64,000 nucleotides of DNA from a virus. Below the pieces are notes generated by a model that had not been told where the DNA came from, ran no database searches, and was given only the letters and a program-made list of their open reading frames with translations. The stretch is taken from positions 1 through 64,000 of the IMG/VR virus record IMGVR_UViG_3300009506_000009. One strand, written 5' to 3'. Position numbers and translations under genes: made by a program. Below, piece after piece: positions 35,788 to 44,655 of this stretch (its first letter is position 1; each line of letters opens with the position of its first letter).

Positions 35788-36820
35788 CTTTTTAATTGGG
35801 ATTGTAATCGGGCTGATCGTTGTGTATCTACTTTCATCCTGTAAGCCAGAAGAAGAGATCAAATCTATCCCACAGACTCTACCAAGGCAGTACCAAGTAA
35901 TCCTTCCATTAGCGATGAAGAATTATAGAGTTCCTACTATCGTTGCTGTTGAAGCAGAGACTCCTGCTGATCCCAATCAATACCTATGGATGGGGGATAT
36001 TCTAAAAGTGTCATGTGGTGCTGAGAATACTGAACGGTATGGTATGTCGTACTGTACTGACAAGGTTAAAGGGTTCCCGGATGGAACACACATCTGGTTA
36101 CAGTTAAAGCAGGGACACTCCTGGTGGGTTACTCCAGCATGTAGACCTATACCAGAGAAGTATTGGGATGCCTGGGTTGAGCAGTTTGCTCTTGTTGTGA
36201 TCCAGGAAATGGAAGACATTCTTGGTCCAGATGCAGTTTGGTATCTGTCGTATACAAATGAACCAGATACTTCTTTTGCAGGTTTGGGTGAGTGGCTCGG
36301 GTGTTGGGGTGAGACCTTTGAAGAAGGTCAATATTATGCTCAGTTCGCAAATCATGTAATCCCACAAATCCGGGCACGATATCCACATATTAGGCATGTT
36401 GTAGGTGAGTTTATTAATTATGGGTTGCCTTTTGCAGAGGGTGTAGCATCAACAATTACAGAGGCTGATGTTATCTCTTTTCATAGTTATAGTGGATGTG
36501 GCTGGAGCACAACAGGACTTGTTGAGCGTAAGATAGCTTGGTTCACAGAAAACTTTCCTGGTTTTCCCTTAGCTTTATCTGAGACAGGAATGACCTATGA
36601 TACCCCATCGGATGAATGTGATCTTCAGCAAGCAGAGTATGTAAAGTTTGTAACCAGCGATATTGATGTAGAAGCAGTGGGTTTATATACAGGCTGGCCT
36701 AACGGTTGGAAAAATACAGACTTGACAAGGTTTGATAAAGATGGTAAAATTGAACTTAAGCCGTCATATTTTGTTTACGAGTCACTACAGATATCCAAGG
36801 GATGGGAACCTTGGAGATAA
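35771..36820 (+). CDS. Exported/lipoprotein clan-A glycoside hydrolase-like protein
   Basis: Signal peptide ending LSSC; TNEPD acid/base, SFHSY and LSETG nucleophile motifs. Confidence 0.7.
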   Translation: MKRLRSFLIGIVIGLIVVYLLSSCKPEEEIKSIPQTLPRQYQVILPLAMKNYRVPTIVAVEAETPADPNQYLWMGDILKVSCGAENTERYGMSYCTDKVKGFPDGTHIWLQLKQGHSWWVTPACRPIPEKYWDAWVEQFALVVIQEMEDILGPDAVWYLSYTNEPDTSFAGLGEWLGCWGETFEEGQYYAQFANHVIPQIRARYPHIRHVVGEFINYGLPFAEGVASTITEADVISFHSYSGCGWSTTGLVERKIAWFTENFPGFPLALSETGMTYDTPSDECDLQQAEYVKFVTSDIDVEAVGLYTGWPNGWKNTDLTRFDKDGKIELKPSYFVYESLQISKGWEPWR

Positions 36821-36825
36821 ATAAT

Positions 36826-36897
36826 TGCCCTGTCGTACAACTGGCAGTATGCCTGACTCTGACTCAGGTGATCTAGGTTCAAATCCTAGCGGGGCGG
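36826..36897 (+). tRNA. tRNA-Gln(CTG)
   Basis: Cloverleaf. Confidence 0.9.
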
Positions 36898-37133
36898 CTA
36901 GTGTATATAAGGTTCGTTACTAAGACGTATGCAGTGGAAGGTTGTTGGAGTTGCGTCCAAGAGGAAGCCTTTATCCGGGCACGTCGGGATACGGCATTCC
37001 ACAAACCTCACTTCGAAGTATATACACAAACAGGCTAATAAAGGCAAGTCTCGATTGAGACAGGAACTGTATGGTAGCCACTACACACCGTAGACCCGGA
37101 GACTCCCTCACCTTGCCTTGGCCTGTATAACAT

Positions 37134-37207
37134 GGAGCCTATAGTATAACGGTTCAACATTCCTGACTGTGGATCAGGAGATACGGGTTCGAATCCCGTT
37201 AGGCTCC
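37134..37207 (+). tRNA. tRNA-His(GTG)
   Basis: G-1:C73. Confidence 0.88.
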
Positions 37208-37219
37208 CAAGGAGTTACA

Positions 37220-37393
37220 ATGAGTAAATATCAGATCGAAGAAAACCCAGGTGATCTGCCTACAGTATTGATGGTTGGTACCTTTAGCATTGATCAGCTT
37301 CAAGAGATTATTGCTGAGATGGAAGACTTGTATGCTTCCCAGGATACTGACTTTACTGATGAGATTGTTTCTCAGATGATGGAGGATCGCTAA
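37220..37393 (+). CDS. Small acidic protein
   Basis: AAGGAG RBS. Confidence 0.6.
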   Translation: MSKYQIEENPGDLPTVLMVGTFSIDQLQEIIAEMEDLYASQDTDFTDEIVSQMMEDR

Positions 37394-37803
37394 TGGCAGT
37401 TCTCGTAGGCAAGAATGCTGTAATCACCATTGACAACTCCAAACCGTTTTATACCACTGAGTTTGACTTGACGCCTATCAAGTATGTCAAAGATGCTCTT
37501 CCAGAAGTTAGCATCACTGCTAATTTTGATGGTCTTGGTCCTTCATTAGACCTGTTCAGTTATGCTCAATACCATACAACCACGTTGTATTACGAGACTG
37601 GAACATATTGGTTCTGCCACCGCAACAAGATGGAAGTATATACACGTGGTATGACAGTACTTGATAATACAGTTAGTATTGACTTCGAAGTTGTTCCTGG
37701 ATCAGAAGTTGACCTAACAAACTATAGCTGGATTGCACGCTTCCTACGTTTCGTGTTTCGCCACAAAATGGGAAGAGTGGCAATTGAATACTTTACGAGG
37801 TGA
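37393..37803 (+). CDS. Hypothetical protein; N-terminus resembles the tail tube protein
   Basis: MAVLVGKNAVITID versus MAAIVGIDALIQIS. Confidence 0.55.
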   Translation: MAVLVGKNAVITIDNSKPFYTTEFDLTPIKYVKDALPEVSITANFDGLGPSLDLFSYAQYHTTTLYYETGTYWFCHRNKMEVYTRGMTVLDNTVSIDFEVVPGSEVDLTNYSWIARFLRFVFRHKMGRVAIEYFTR

Positions 37804-37805
37804 GT

Positions 37806-38078
37806 ATGCCTGTTATCTGGAAGTATGATCTTAGTGAAGTAGAGAGGCTAACGTATGTAGACATTCCAGGTCTGATACAGGTTTTGTCCGTTGGCACTCA
37901 GGATGATCAACCAGTTGTATGGGTTATGTGCCAGCCAAAAGAGCCAACGAAAAGGTACTTATTCTGGTATGCTCAAACAGGCCGTCCGTTTGATCCAGAC
38001 AAAGGTCTAAAGTATATTAATACAACTCAACACATGGGCGGTTTGTATGTAGCTCATTGGTTTTATATGCGGGTGTGA
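37806..38078 (+). CDS. Conserved small phage protein
   Basis: IWKY...VLSVG.Q....VW...TG pattern. Confidence 0.65.
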   Translation: MPVIWKYDLSEVERLTYVDIPGLIQVLSVGTQDDQPVVWVMCQPKEPTKRYLFWYAQTGRPFDPDKGLKYINTTQHMGGLYVAHWFYMRV

Positions 38079-38139
38079 TGTAATGGTAACGTGCCGTCCT
38101 TCCAAGTCGGTCTTCGGAGTTCGAGTCTCCGCACCCGCA
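38069..38139 (+). tRNA. tRNA-Gly(TCC)
   Basis: Cloverleaf. Confidence 0.88.
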
Positions 38140-38195
38140 CTTTTCATGTAATGATAATACCCCTTAGGAGGCACTATCACTACACAAAACATCAT

Positions 38196-38266
38196 GCGGT
38201 ATTAGTTTAGGGGTAAAACGAGTGCTTGCCAAGTACTAGTCAGCAGTTCAAATCTGCTATACCGCT
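38196..38266 (+). tRNA. tRNA-Gly(GCC)
   Basis: Cloverleaf, T73. Confidence 0.9.
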
Positions 38267-38294
38267 CTGGTAACCATTAGACAGGAGAGAGGAT

Positions 38295-38567
38295 ATGTCT
38301 GAAAAAGTGTTTGTTTTGGTGAGTGAAGAAGGGGATGTGTATGGTGTGTTCAAAGATAAGGAAAATCTTGAATGGGAAATCCTGCGAGCCGCAATGGACG
38401 GGTATGACCGGGACCCGGAACTACCATCGCCAGAGTTTGCATCCTTCTGTCTGATCCCGAACTACTATTCAGAAAACTCATATGGAGTTTACGTTGCAGG
38501 TATGGGAAAACACCCTGAGCCTTTCCTTTGGGATGTTGTTTATCTAGAAGAGAGCACACTCTATTAA
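38295..38567 (+). CDS. Hypothetical protein
   Basis: RBS; ORF between tRNAs. Confidence 0.65.
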   Translation: MSEKVFVLVSEEGDVYGVFKDKENLEWEILRAAMDGYDRDPELPSPEFASFCLIPNYYSENSYGVYVAGMGKHPEPFLWDVVYLEESTLY

Positions 38568-38568
38568 T

Positions 38569-38640
38569 GCCCTGGTAGTCGAGCGGATAAGACGCTACCC
38601 TGCGAAGGTAGAAGCGAAGGTTCGAGTCCTTCCTGGGGCA
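38569..38640 (+). tRNA. tRNA-Arg(GCG)
   Basis: CTACC-CT-GCG-AA-GGTAG, A20. Confidence 0.9.
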
Positions 38641-38744
38641 CTTGACAACTTCCGGCTCGTATGGTAAAATACTTTTGCCGGGTTGGGGAAACTCTGGAGC
38701 GAGTCACTCCACCCCTCCCGGCTCCACGATATGGCGCAGATACC

Positions 38745-38978
38745 GAACGGTCAGAGTATTCTTGTATCATCTGTGGTTGGAATGAGATTAGTCCATCACT
38801 AGGATATTCTCCCCTACAAATAGACCATATCAACGGAGATTGGACGGATAACTCTCCAAAAAATCTTAGAGTTATATGTCCTAATTGTCACAGCCTCACG
38901 CCAACATACGGTTCTCAGAATACAACAATAGAGAAAAACGCAAGAGGTAGAGGCTTACAAAGAGAGTACAAGGGGTAA
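38745..38978 (+). pseudogene. HNH endonuclease remnant without a usable start
   Basis: CIICGW...LQIDHINGD...NLRVICPNCH; the only in-frame ATG lies inside the promoter spacer. Confidence 0.6.
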
Positions 38979-39041
38979 GAGCCATATGGAGAGGCTACGG
39001 TCTGCAAAACCGTTTAAGGAGTTCGATTCTCCATTACCCCT
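38972..39041 (+). tRNA. tRNA-Cys(GCA)
   Basis: Cloverleaf, T73. Confidence 0.85.
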
Positions 39042-39052
39042 CTGGAGAAACT

Positions 39053-39235
39053 ATGTGGTTAAACTTAAAGCTCTGGTTAGAAGAATGGTGGATACTAATG
39101 TATAATTGGTATCGCTTAAAGAAGATCAACTACTTGATGTGGAAGCTTGATCGTCTAATGAAAAAGCATATTGTGGTTGAAGGTGACTTTAAAGTGAGTG
39201 AAGAACAGGAGAGTAGTAATGAGTCGAAGCAATAA
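39053..39235 (+). CDS. Small hypothetical protein
   Basis: GGAG RBS. Confidence 0.55.
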   Translation: MWLNLKLWLEEWWILMYNWYRLKKINYLMWKLDRLMKKHIVVEGDFKVSEEQESSNESKQ

Positions 39236-39411
39236 AGAAATCAAACGGTTGGTGTCTGATGCGGCCTTGATAGTTGCTGGAATGGTTTTGTTTGTGTATG
39301 GTTTTGTGTCCAAAGACCCGTATGTGGCTTTTGGCGGGGCTGTTTGTTTTATTGTGGGGTTAATATAGTGTGCCTATATCGACTCCCACTTGCGTCTCTA
39401 GGAGTTTAGTA

Positions 39412-39609
39412 ATGGCAGGAGAAAATATAGAACTAGGGTTGACGTGCATTAACGATGAGTTTCAGGATGCAGATGCGGTTGCCTTTGAAGACGATCATGG
39501 TTTGCTTATTAGCTTATCCCACGATACGTACATCCGAATTGAGCCACAGGTGTTCCCAAAGCTGATCGCACTGATGGCAGAAACAATGGATGGGATGGTA
39601 GCCTTTTAA
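39412..39609 (+). CDS. Small hypothetical protein
   Basis: AGGAG RBS before MAGEN. Confidence 0.55.
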   Translation: MAGENIELGLTCINDEFQDADAVAFEDDHGLLISLSHDTYIRIEPQVFPKLIALMAETMDGMVAF

Positions 39610-39618
39610 TAATCGTAT

Positions 39619-39705
39619 GGAGTCGTGACAGAGTACGGTAATGTGCCCGGTTGCTACCCGGAGACCATGGGAAACCATGCGGAGGTTCAAATCCCCCCGG
39701 CTCCG
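39619..39705 (+). tRNA. tRNA-Ser(GCT)
   Basis: Long variable arm, G73. Confidence 0.9.
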
Positions 39706-40031
39706 CTGATGATTGTAGTATGAAGATGTTCGAAACTAACATAAGGAAAATCATGTTTTACTTTAACACTCAGAGCTTATCCATAGCTAAATCCCAATTG
39801 CCACTACTTGTGGAGTTTTTGGTTTGAGTGGATAAGTCTCGATTGATACAATGATTGGACCACCCAGGCCGGATGGTCTTTTTATTTGGAACCTTGACAA
39901 CTGAATAGTAATGTGGTAAACTATACTCGTGACGAAAAACAAACTCTTTCTCATTATTGCAATCTGCATCTTTCTAGGTCTCAGCCTGCTAGGTGCAATC
40001 TCATATCTGATGTTTTCTTAGCAATAATATT

Positions 40032-40104
40032 GGAGGCGTAGCGCAAAGGTTAGAGCACCCGTCTCATAAACGGTAGGTTGAGAGTTCGATTCTCTCCGCC
40101 TCCA
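40032..40104 (+). tRNA. tRNA-Ile2/Met(CAT)
   Basis: Cloverleaf. Confidence 0.85.
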
Positions 40105-40115
40105 CAGGAGTTCTT

Positions 40116-40628
40116 ATGATCATTGGATGTGTATATAGGCTAGAAGCAAGTGGTGATGTGAATGGTATCCCGCTGTTTCTGTATGATAACGGAAGTACCG
40201 TGGATGTCCGTGGTTTCCCTAACATAACGTCTGACGACATGAAGTTCGTGCTCTCATGGGCGTCCAAACCAACGGATGATGATATAGAGATCGTGTGGAA
40301 AAATATCTCAGCACCATACTTTTTGCACCTGTTCCGTGATCAGTATGTATCTGAGGTCCCAATTCAATACGTGCATATTGGTATCTTCAAACATCTGGCG
40401 TACAAGTATCCGCCAGCAATGGTACAGCACGATGTCACCAGCCAATTAAAATCCCTTGATGCATATTGGTCAAACGTGGCACGGCAGGTTGCTGGACTAA
40501 CTAACTTACAACAGTGGACCATGCTTGAGCTTCGTGACCTGAAATATACACCGGAGCAGATTGCTAATGAGCTTGGGATCGATGAAGCTGTTGTGATCGA
40601 GTACTTCAAAACAAACATATTGGTATAG
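40116..40628 (+). CDS. Hypothetical protein with a C-terminal HTH
   Basis: 'TPEQIANELGIDEAVV'. Confidence 0.65.
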   Translation: MIIGCVYRLEASGDVNGIPLFLYDNGSTVDVRGFPNITSDDMKFVLSWASKPTDDDIEIVWKNISAPYFLHLFRDQYVSEVPIQYVHIGIFKHLAYKYPPAMVQHDVTSQLKSLDAYWSNVARQVAGLTNLQQWTMLELRDLKYTPEQIANELGIDEAVVIEYFKTNILV

Positions 40629-40629
40629 A

Positions 40630-40703
40630 GCCGTCATAGTTTAATGGATAAAACAGACGCCTTTTAAGCGATCAGACTGAGGGTTCGAGTCCTTCTGGCG
40701 GCA
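40630..40703 (+). tRNA. tRNA-Lys(TTT), Arg-like D-loop
   Basis: Loop CT-TTT-AA; D-loop AATGGATA. Confidence 0.75.
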
Positions 40704-40724
40704 TAAAAACTATGGAAATCATAA

Positions 40725-41006
40725 ATGCACATTGACAAGTTCAACAGCTACGTGCGTATTCTAAGCACACGTTTTTGGGTAAGACATTGGTACAACTTCT
40801 ATGATGTGCCCCTGTTTACTGACCACAAGCGCACTATGGCGATCAGCCTAATTGACCTTGTTGATCGTAAGAATATGTTTGAAGAAGTCTGTCGGGACTT
40901 AAAGAAAGCCGGGTTTGATGTCCGAGTAAAGCTGGATGCAACTAGCCCCTACCCATATGCGGAGTTGGTTGCGTTTGTAGAAAGAACAGATTGGCCTATA
41001 GTGTAA
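40725..41006 (+). CDS. Hypothetical protein
   Basis: ORF overlapping tRNA-Gln. Confidence 0.6.
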   Translation: MHIDKFNSYVRILSTRFWVRHWYNFYDVPLFTDHKRTMAISLIDLVDRKNMFEEVCRDLKKAGFDVRVKLDATSPYPYAELVAFVERTDWPIV

Positions 41007-41063
41007 TGGTTATCACGTCTGCCTTTGAAGCAGAAGACCCAGGTTCGAACCCTGGTGGGCCAG
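40992..41063 (+). tRNA. tRNA-Gln(TTG)
   Basis: T1-A72, G73. Confidence 0.92.
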
Positions 41064-41093
41064 CTAACCTATCAATGAGTGAAGGAGATTAAA

Positions 41094-41621
41094 ATGATTA
41101 ACCCAAATCAAGGAAGCGGTGTGAAAATCCAGATTAACAGTTTAGCGGCATTAGAACGTCTGCTCGGTGATGATGCGAAAATGGAGATCGAAGTTCGGCA
41201 GTCTGTTGTAGAAGCTTTTGCTCGTGGTTTTGTAAAGAACATTGCGAATGCTGATGCTGTTGCTAAGGTTATCGAAGACCTTAAAGACTTTGTGAAACGG
41301 GAAGTTGTGGAAGAGACATCTAACCAGATGGCAATGGCTGGTATTGTCAAGGATGGGTCCTGGTATCAGACGAAGTTGAAACTTACCGATACTGCTGAAG
41401 AGAAGATCGCATCGGAAGTACGTATACAAGTGTATGATAATATACGTAAAGCAATCAGCGAAATGAATATTGATGAGATTGTAACCCGTTATGTTACGGA
41501 TGCTATCCGTCGTGAAGTCAACCATCAGGTCAAGGCTATCACCCAATCCACTGTTATGGCATCCCTACAGTTGGCAATGGATCAAGCCTTAGATACTGAC
41601 CCGGTAGATAATGAAGATTAA
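41094..41621 (+). CDS. Hypothetical helical protein
   Basis: AAGGAG RBS. Confidence 0.7.
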   Translation: MINPNQGSGVKIQINSLAALERLLGDDAKMEIEVRQSVVEAFARGFVKNIANADAVAKVIEDLKDFVKREVVEETSNQMAMAGIVKDGSWYQTKLKLTDTAEEKIASEVRIQVYDNIRKAISEMNIDEIVTRYVTDAIRREVNHQVKAITQSTVMASLQLAMDQALDTDPVDNED

Positions 41622-41745
41622 ACTTACGCTTTACAATGATGATGGTCAGCCTGTTGCATCTGCTACTCTGAAGTCCGGGGTAGTGGATGCCAACGGTAAT
41701 ATCTTGACAGAAGAAGCCCTACGAAGTATGGTAGGTAGTATAAAT

Positions 41746-41827
41746 ACCAGCGTGGCGGAACTGGTTTACGCAGAGGACTTAAAACCCTCCGACTCCGGTC
41801 ATGTGGGTTCGACTCCCACCGCTGGTA
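41746..41827 (+). tRNA. tRNA-Leu(TAA)
   Basis: Cloverleaf; nested in ORF 41611..41838. Confidence 0.92.
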
Positions 41828-41839
41828 CAAAGGATTAGC

Positions 41840-42271
41840 ATGGACATTCTCGAAGTGCAGTATGGTATCATCGTCCATCAGGTAAACTTACAAGGTAAGA
41901 TGGGTGCTGGTCTTGCAAAGCAAGTCAAAGAAACGTACCCACTCAATTATGAGAAATACCTGGAAGATTATCATGTACGTGTCCTTGGGGATGTCTTGGT
42001 TGTGACTGTAAAAAAGAACCTTCACATTGCTAACCTGTATGGACAAGAGAGCGTTGGTGCAGGTCTCCAAACAGATTATACCGCTATAGCAACAGGTCTC
42101 GACTTGATTGCTCATTGGTCTGAGCATGCACAGCTTCCTGTATATATTCCAGAGAAGATGGGATGCGGCCTCGGTGGTGGAAACTGGAATGCAATCAAAG
42201 CGATTATTAAAGATACAATTCCGTATGCCTGGATCGTTTCTTTAGAAAGGTCTACACCGTATAGATTATGA
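41840..42271 (+). CDS. Macro-domain (Poa1/DarG-like) ADP-ribose hydrolase
   Basis: HQVN..GKMGAGLA and P.KMGCGLGGGNW motifs. Confidence 0.85.
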   Translation: MDILEVQYGIIVHQVNLQGKMGAGLAKQVKETYPLNYEKYLEDYHVRVLGDVLVVTVKKNLHIANLYGQESVGAGLQTDYTAIATGLDLIAHWSEHAQLPVYIPEKMGCGLGGGNWNAIKAIIKDTIPYAWIVSLERSTPYRL

Positions 42272-42738
42272 CTCCTATACCACAACCTGCTAACTTGTCG
42301 TACATTGTAGGTTCTCACTTTAACCATATTGAAGTATGTACTGCATTCCCACGCACACGAGAAGATATCTCCAGGATGTCTTGTGGTCACATTTCGGTAG
42401 AGAGTGTAACGTATGATGATAGGCCAGATGGCACAGTTATGTGGGTAAAACCTGGAACAGCAGGAGATATTATTAGAAGCGGTACTGTTACATACTTTGC
42501 AATCTGTGACAGTCACAGTACACCTATCCTGGTAAATACATTCACACAGAAGTTTCAATTGCAGGAAGGTTGCATCTTTACATTGGCTCCGTTTGATGTT
42601 ACTTTGGCTCCAACAGATGTAGTGGTAGGCACGTATCCATACAACGATTCGGGCCTAAACGAAATAGAGTGCATCTACTGTGGACAACCAAGGCGTCCAA
42701 ATATACCGTGCCCACATTGTGGTGGGCGCATAGACTAG
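42268..42738 (+). CDS. Paralogue of fibre subunit 10922..11296 with a C-terminal zinc ribbon
   Basis: 'EGCIFTLAPFDVTL' versus 'NGNTFTLTAFDVEF'; CIYC...CPHC. Confidence 0.55.
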   Translation: MTPIPQPANLSYIVGSHFNHIEVCTAFPRTREDISRMSCGHISVESVTYDDRPDGTVMWVKPGTAGDIIRSGTVTYFAICDSHSTPILVNTFTQKFQLQEGCIFTLAPFDVTLAPTDVVVGTYPYNDSGLNEIECIYCGQPRRPNIPCPHCGGRID

Positions 42739-42819
42739 CCAGCATGGTGGAATTGGCAGACACAGTGTCCTCAAAAGGCACCGGGTAAAACCGTGAGAGT
42801 TCGACTCTCTCTGCTGGCA
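42738..42819 (+). tRNA. tRNA-Leu(CAA)
   Basis: Cloverleaf. Confidence 0.92.
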
Positions 42820-42831
42820 CAAAGGATCAAC

Positions 42832-43062
42832 ATGCTTCCAACACAGATTTATGATCTTGAGATTGACGTACAAGGGGTCTTCACCATGACAGGCAACTCC
42901 CCTATCCCTATTGTGGTTGGTCATATTTTCATTACATCTACTGGTATGATTGTTCGCATTACTGAGGTTGAGATAGATTTTGACACAAGAAAGATTATGT
43001 GTAAAGCAATGTCCAACCTAATCACGTTTACAGAAATTGAAAATGGTTCAGCCTATAACTGA
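42832..43062 (+). CDS. Hypothetical protein
   Basis: AAGGA RBS. Confidence 0.55.
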   Translation: MLPTQIYDLEIDVQGVFTMTGNSPIPIVVGHIFITSTGMIVRITEVEIDFDTRKIMCKAMSNLITFTEIENGSAYN

Positions 43063-43471
43063 TAAGAGAGTAGAGTGGTACTATATTTACCTACCAGAAT
43101 TAGGAACCAACCCATTAACCATATCCCTGTTATCCCGAAGAGCCGTCCCAGGATTGTTCCTAGGTTTTGATAACAGGGTTTATTTGTATTCAGAGGTTGT
43201 AGATATTAGTAACCCGCACCATCCATACATCGTATGTACACATGTTGATGGTGATCTAAAATATTTAAATGTGGAGGCCACACGTGCGAGTCATTTACAA
43301 AGGACGGGTGATCGGGGAGTGCCCCGACGAACACAGATCAGGAGAAACTGTGCAATTAGCTGGATCGGATTACGTAATTTTATACGTAGACAAGCTAAAC
43401 GATTTAGTAGCTATAGTTCAAAAGGTAGAGTGATAAATGAAGAAAGCACCTGCATACTGTTATGGAACTAG
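43043..43471 (+). CDS. Hypothetical protein
   Basis: Overlapping ORF. Confidence 0.5.
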   Translation: MVQPITDKRVEWYYIYLPELGTNPLTISLLSRRAVPGLFLGFDNRVYLYSEVVDISNPHHPYIVCTHVDGDLKYLNVEATRASHLQRTGDRGVPRRTQIRRNCAISWIGLRNFIRRQAKRFSSYSSKGRVINEESTCILLWN

Positions 43472-43730
43472 AGATGGGACCTATCTTGTTATCCGGGATT
43501 GGGGGCACGCTAGGATTGTTCCTGCTGAGGAGGCGTTGGATGGGAGGCATATTCTTCTTGTATATACCGCACTTGGGACTGCGAAGAAGGCCCTATCCTC
43601 CAGAGTAATATATCCTTTTTATCAAGACGGTAACCGTTGGCATTATAAGAATGACGGCAGTACGCCGTTGGTAACAAAGGAGCTACTTGTGATCTTACCT
43701 CTAAAACTGACCCTTGACATCGAAGATTGA
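43437..43730 (+). CDS. Hypothetical protein
   Basis: Overlapping ORF. Confidence 0.55.
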   Translation: MKKAPAYCYGTRDGTYLVIRDWGHARIVPAEEALDGRHILLVYTALGTAKKALSSRVIYPFYQDGNRWHYKNDGSTPLVTKELLVILPLKLTLDIED

Positions 43731-43792
43731 CTGTGGTAAAATAGTGTTGCTGTCGAAAAAATTCTAACAACTAATTAATAAGGAGCAAACAA

Positions 43793-44209
43793 ATGTCAGC
43801 ACAGAATCAACTCACTTTACTTGGAAACGTTGGAGGTGAAAACACAATCCGTCAGTCTACAAACGACGAGGGTAAAGTTACCGTTATCTCGTTTTCTTTT
43901 GCTGTTAATGAGTGGAGGTACAACAAAGCTACCAACCAGAAAGAACGCATGACCGACTTCCATAACGCTCAGGCGTTCGGTTACGTGGCTGGTCGCTTGG
44001 CCCAGTTCGTTGAGCAAGGCCAAGGTCTGTTACTTCAAGGGCGACTATACAAAGACCAATACACCAACAGTGAAGGCGAACAGCGCACCGCTTATGGTAT
44101 CGAGGTCGAGGACTTCGCTCTAGTTGGTGGTGGTGGACGTGGTGCCTCACAAGATGCTGAAGAGTCGGATGCCTCATCTGGATTGGAAGAGGATGAGTTC
44201 CCGTTCTAA
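43793..44209 (+). CDS. ssb: Single-stranded DNA-binding protein
   Basis: NxLTLLGNVG, GRL, acidic C-terminus DEFPF. Confidence 0.92.
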   Translation: MSAQNQLTLLGNVGGENTIRQSTNDEGKVTVISFSFAVNEWRYNKATNQKERMTDFHNAQAFGYVAGRLAQFVEQGQGLLLQGRLYKDQYTNSEGEQRTAYGIEVEDFALVGGGGRGASQDAEESDASSGLEEDEFPF

Positions 44210-44655
44210 CCCCTTCTCGTCACCAGAAGTAGTTGTAAATACCGTGCCCCCTACCGAACTGGATGGGGGCACATTTGCAGAGCAGATGATGTATCACTTA
44301 TATGTTGCCCTTTGGTACGCCGAGCAAAACCATGCATCAACCAGGATAACACAGCCAATCCGTCTTGCTTTACGAATGACACTAACGCTTCACCAACGTG
44401 GTAAATACTTTGATGAACATGGTCGTATCCGGCGATCAGCTAGGAGATAAGCATGAGCACTGAAATACTTTTGAATTGGATAGCAGATACGTTTGCTAAG
44501 ACTGATGTCATTGACTTATATTTTATATTATCTGACCTAGTTGATATTCCTATCAGCGAAGCTGAATTATGTGAGACTGCTTACTTTGATGCCATGGCAA
44601 GTGAGTCTGTCAATCAATATACGGGAGACAATACACCCATTGGTAAGACAGTAAT

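Noticed and set aside
22630-42830. HDV-like theta ribozymes at tRNA 3' ends
   Set aside because: I could not build the nested double pseudoknot by eye for the trailers I examined; a motif search is needed to exclude them.
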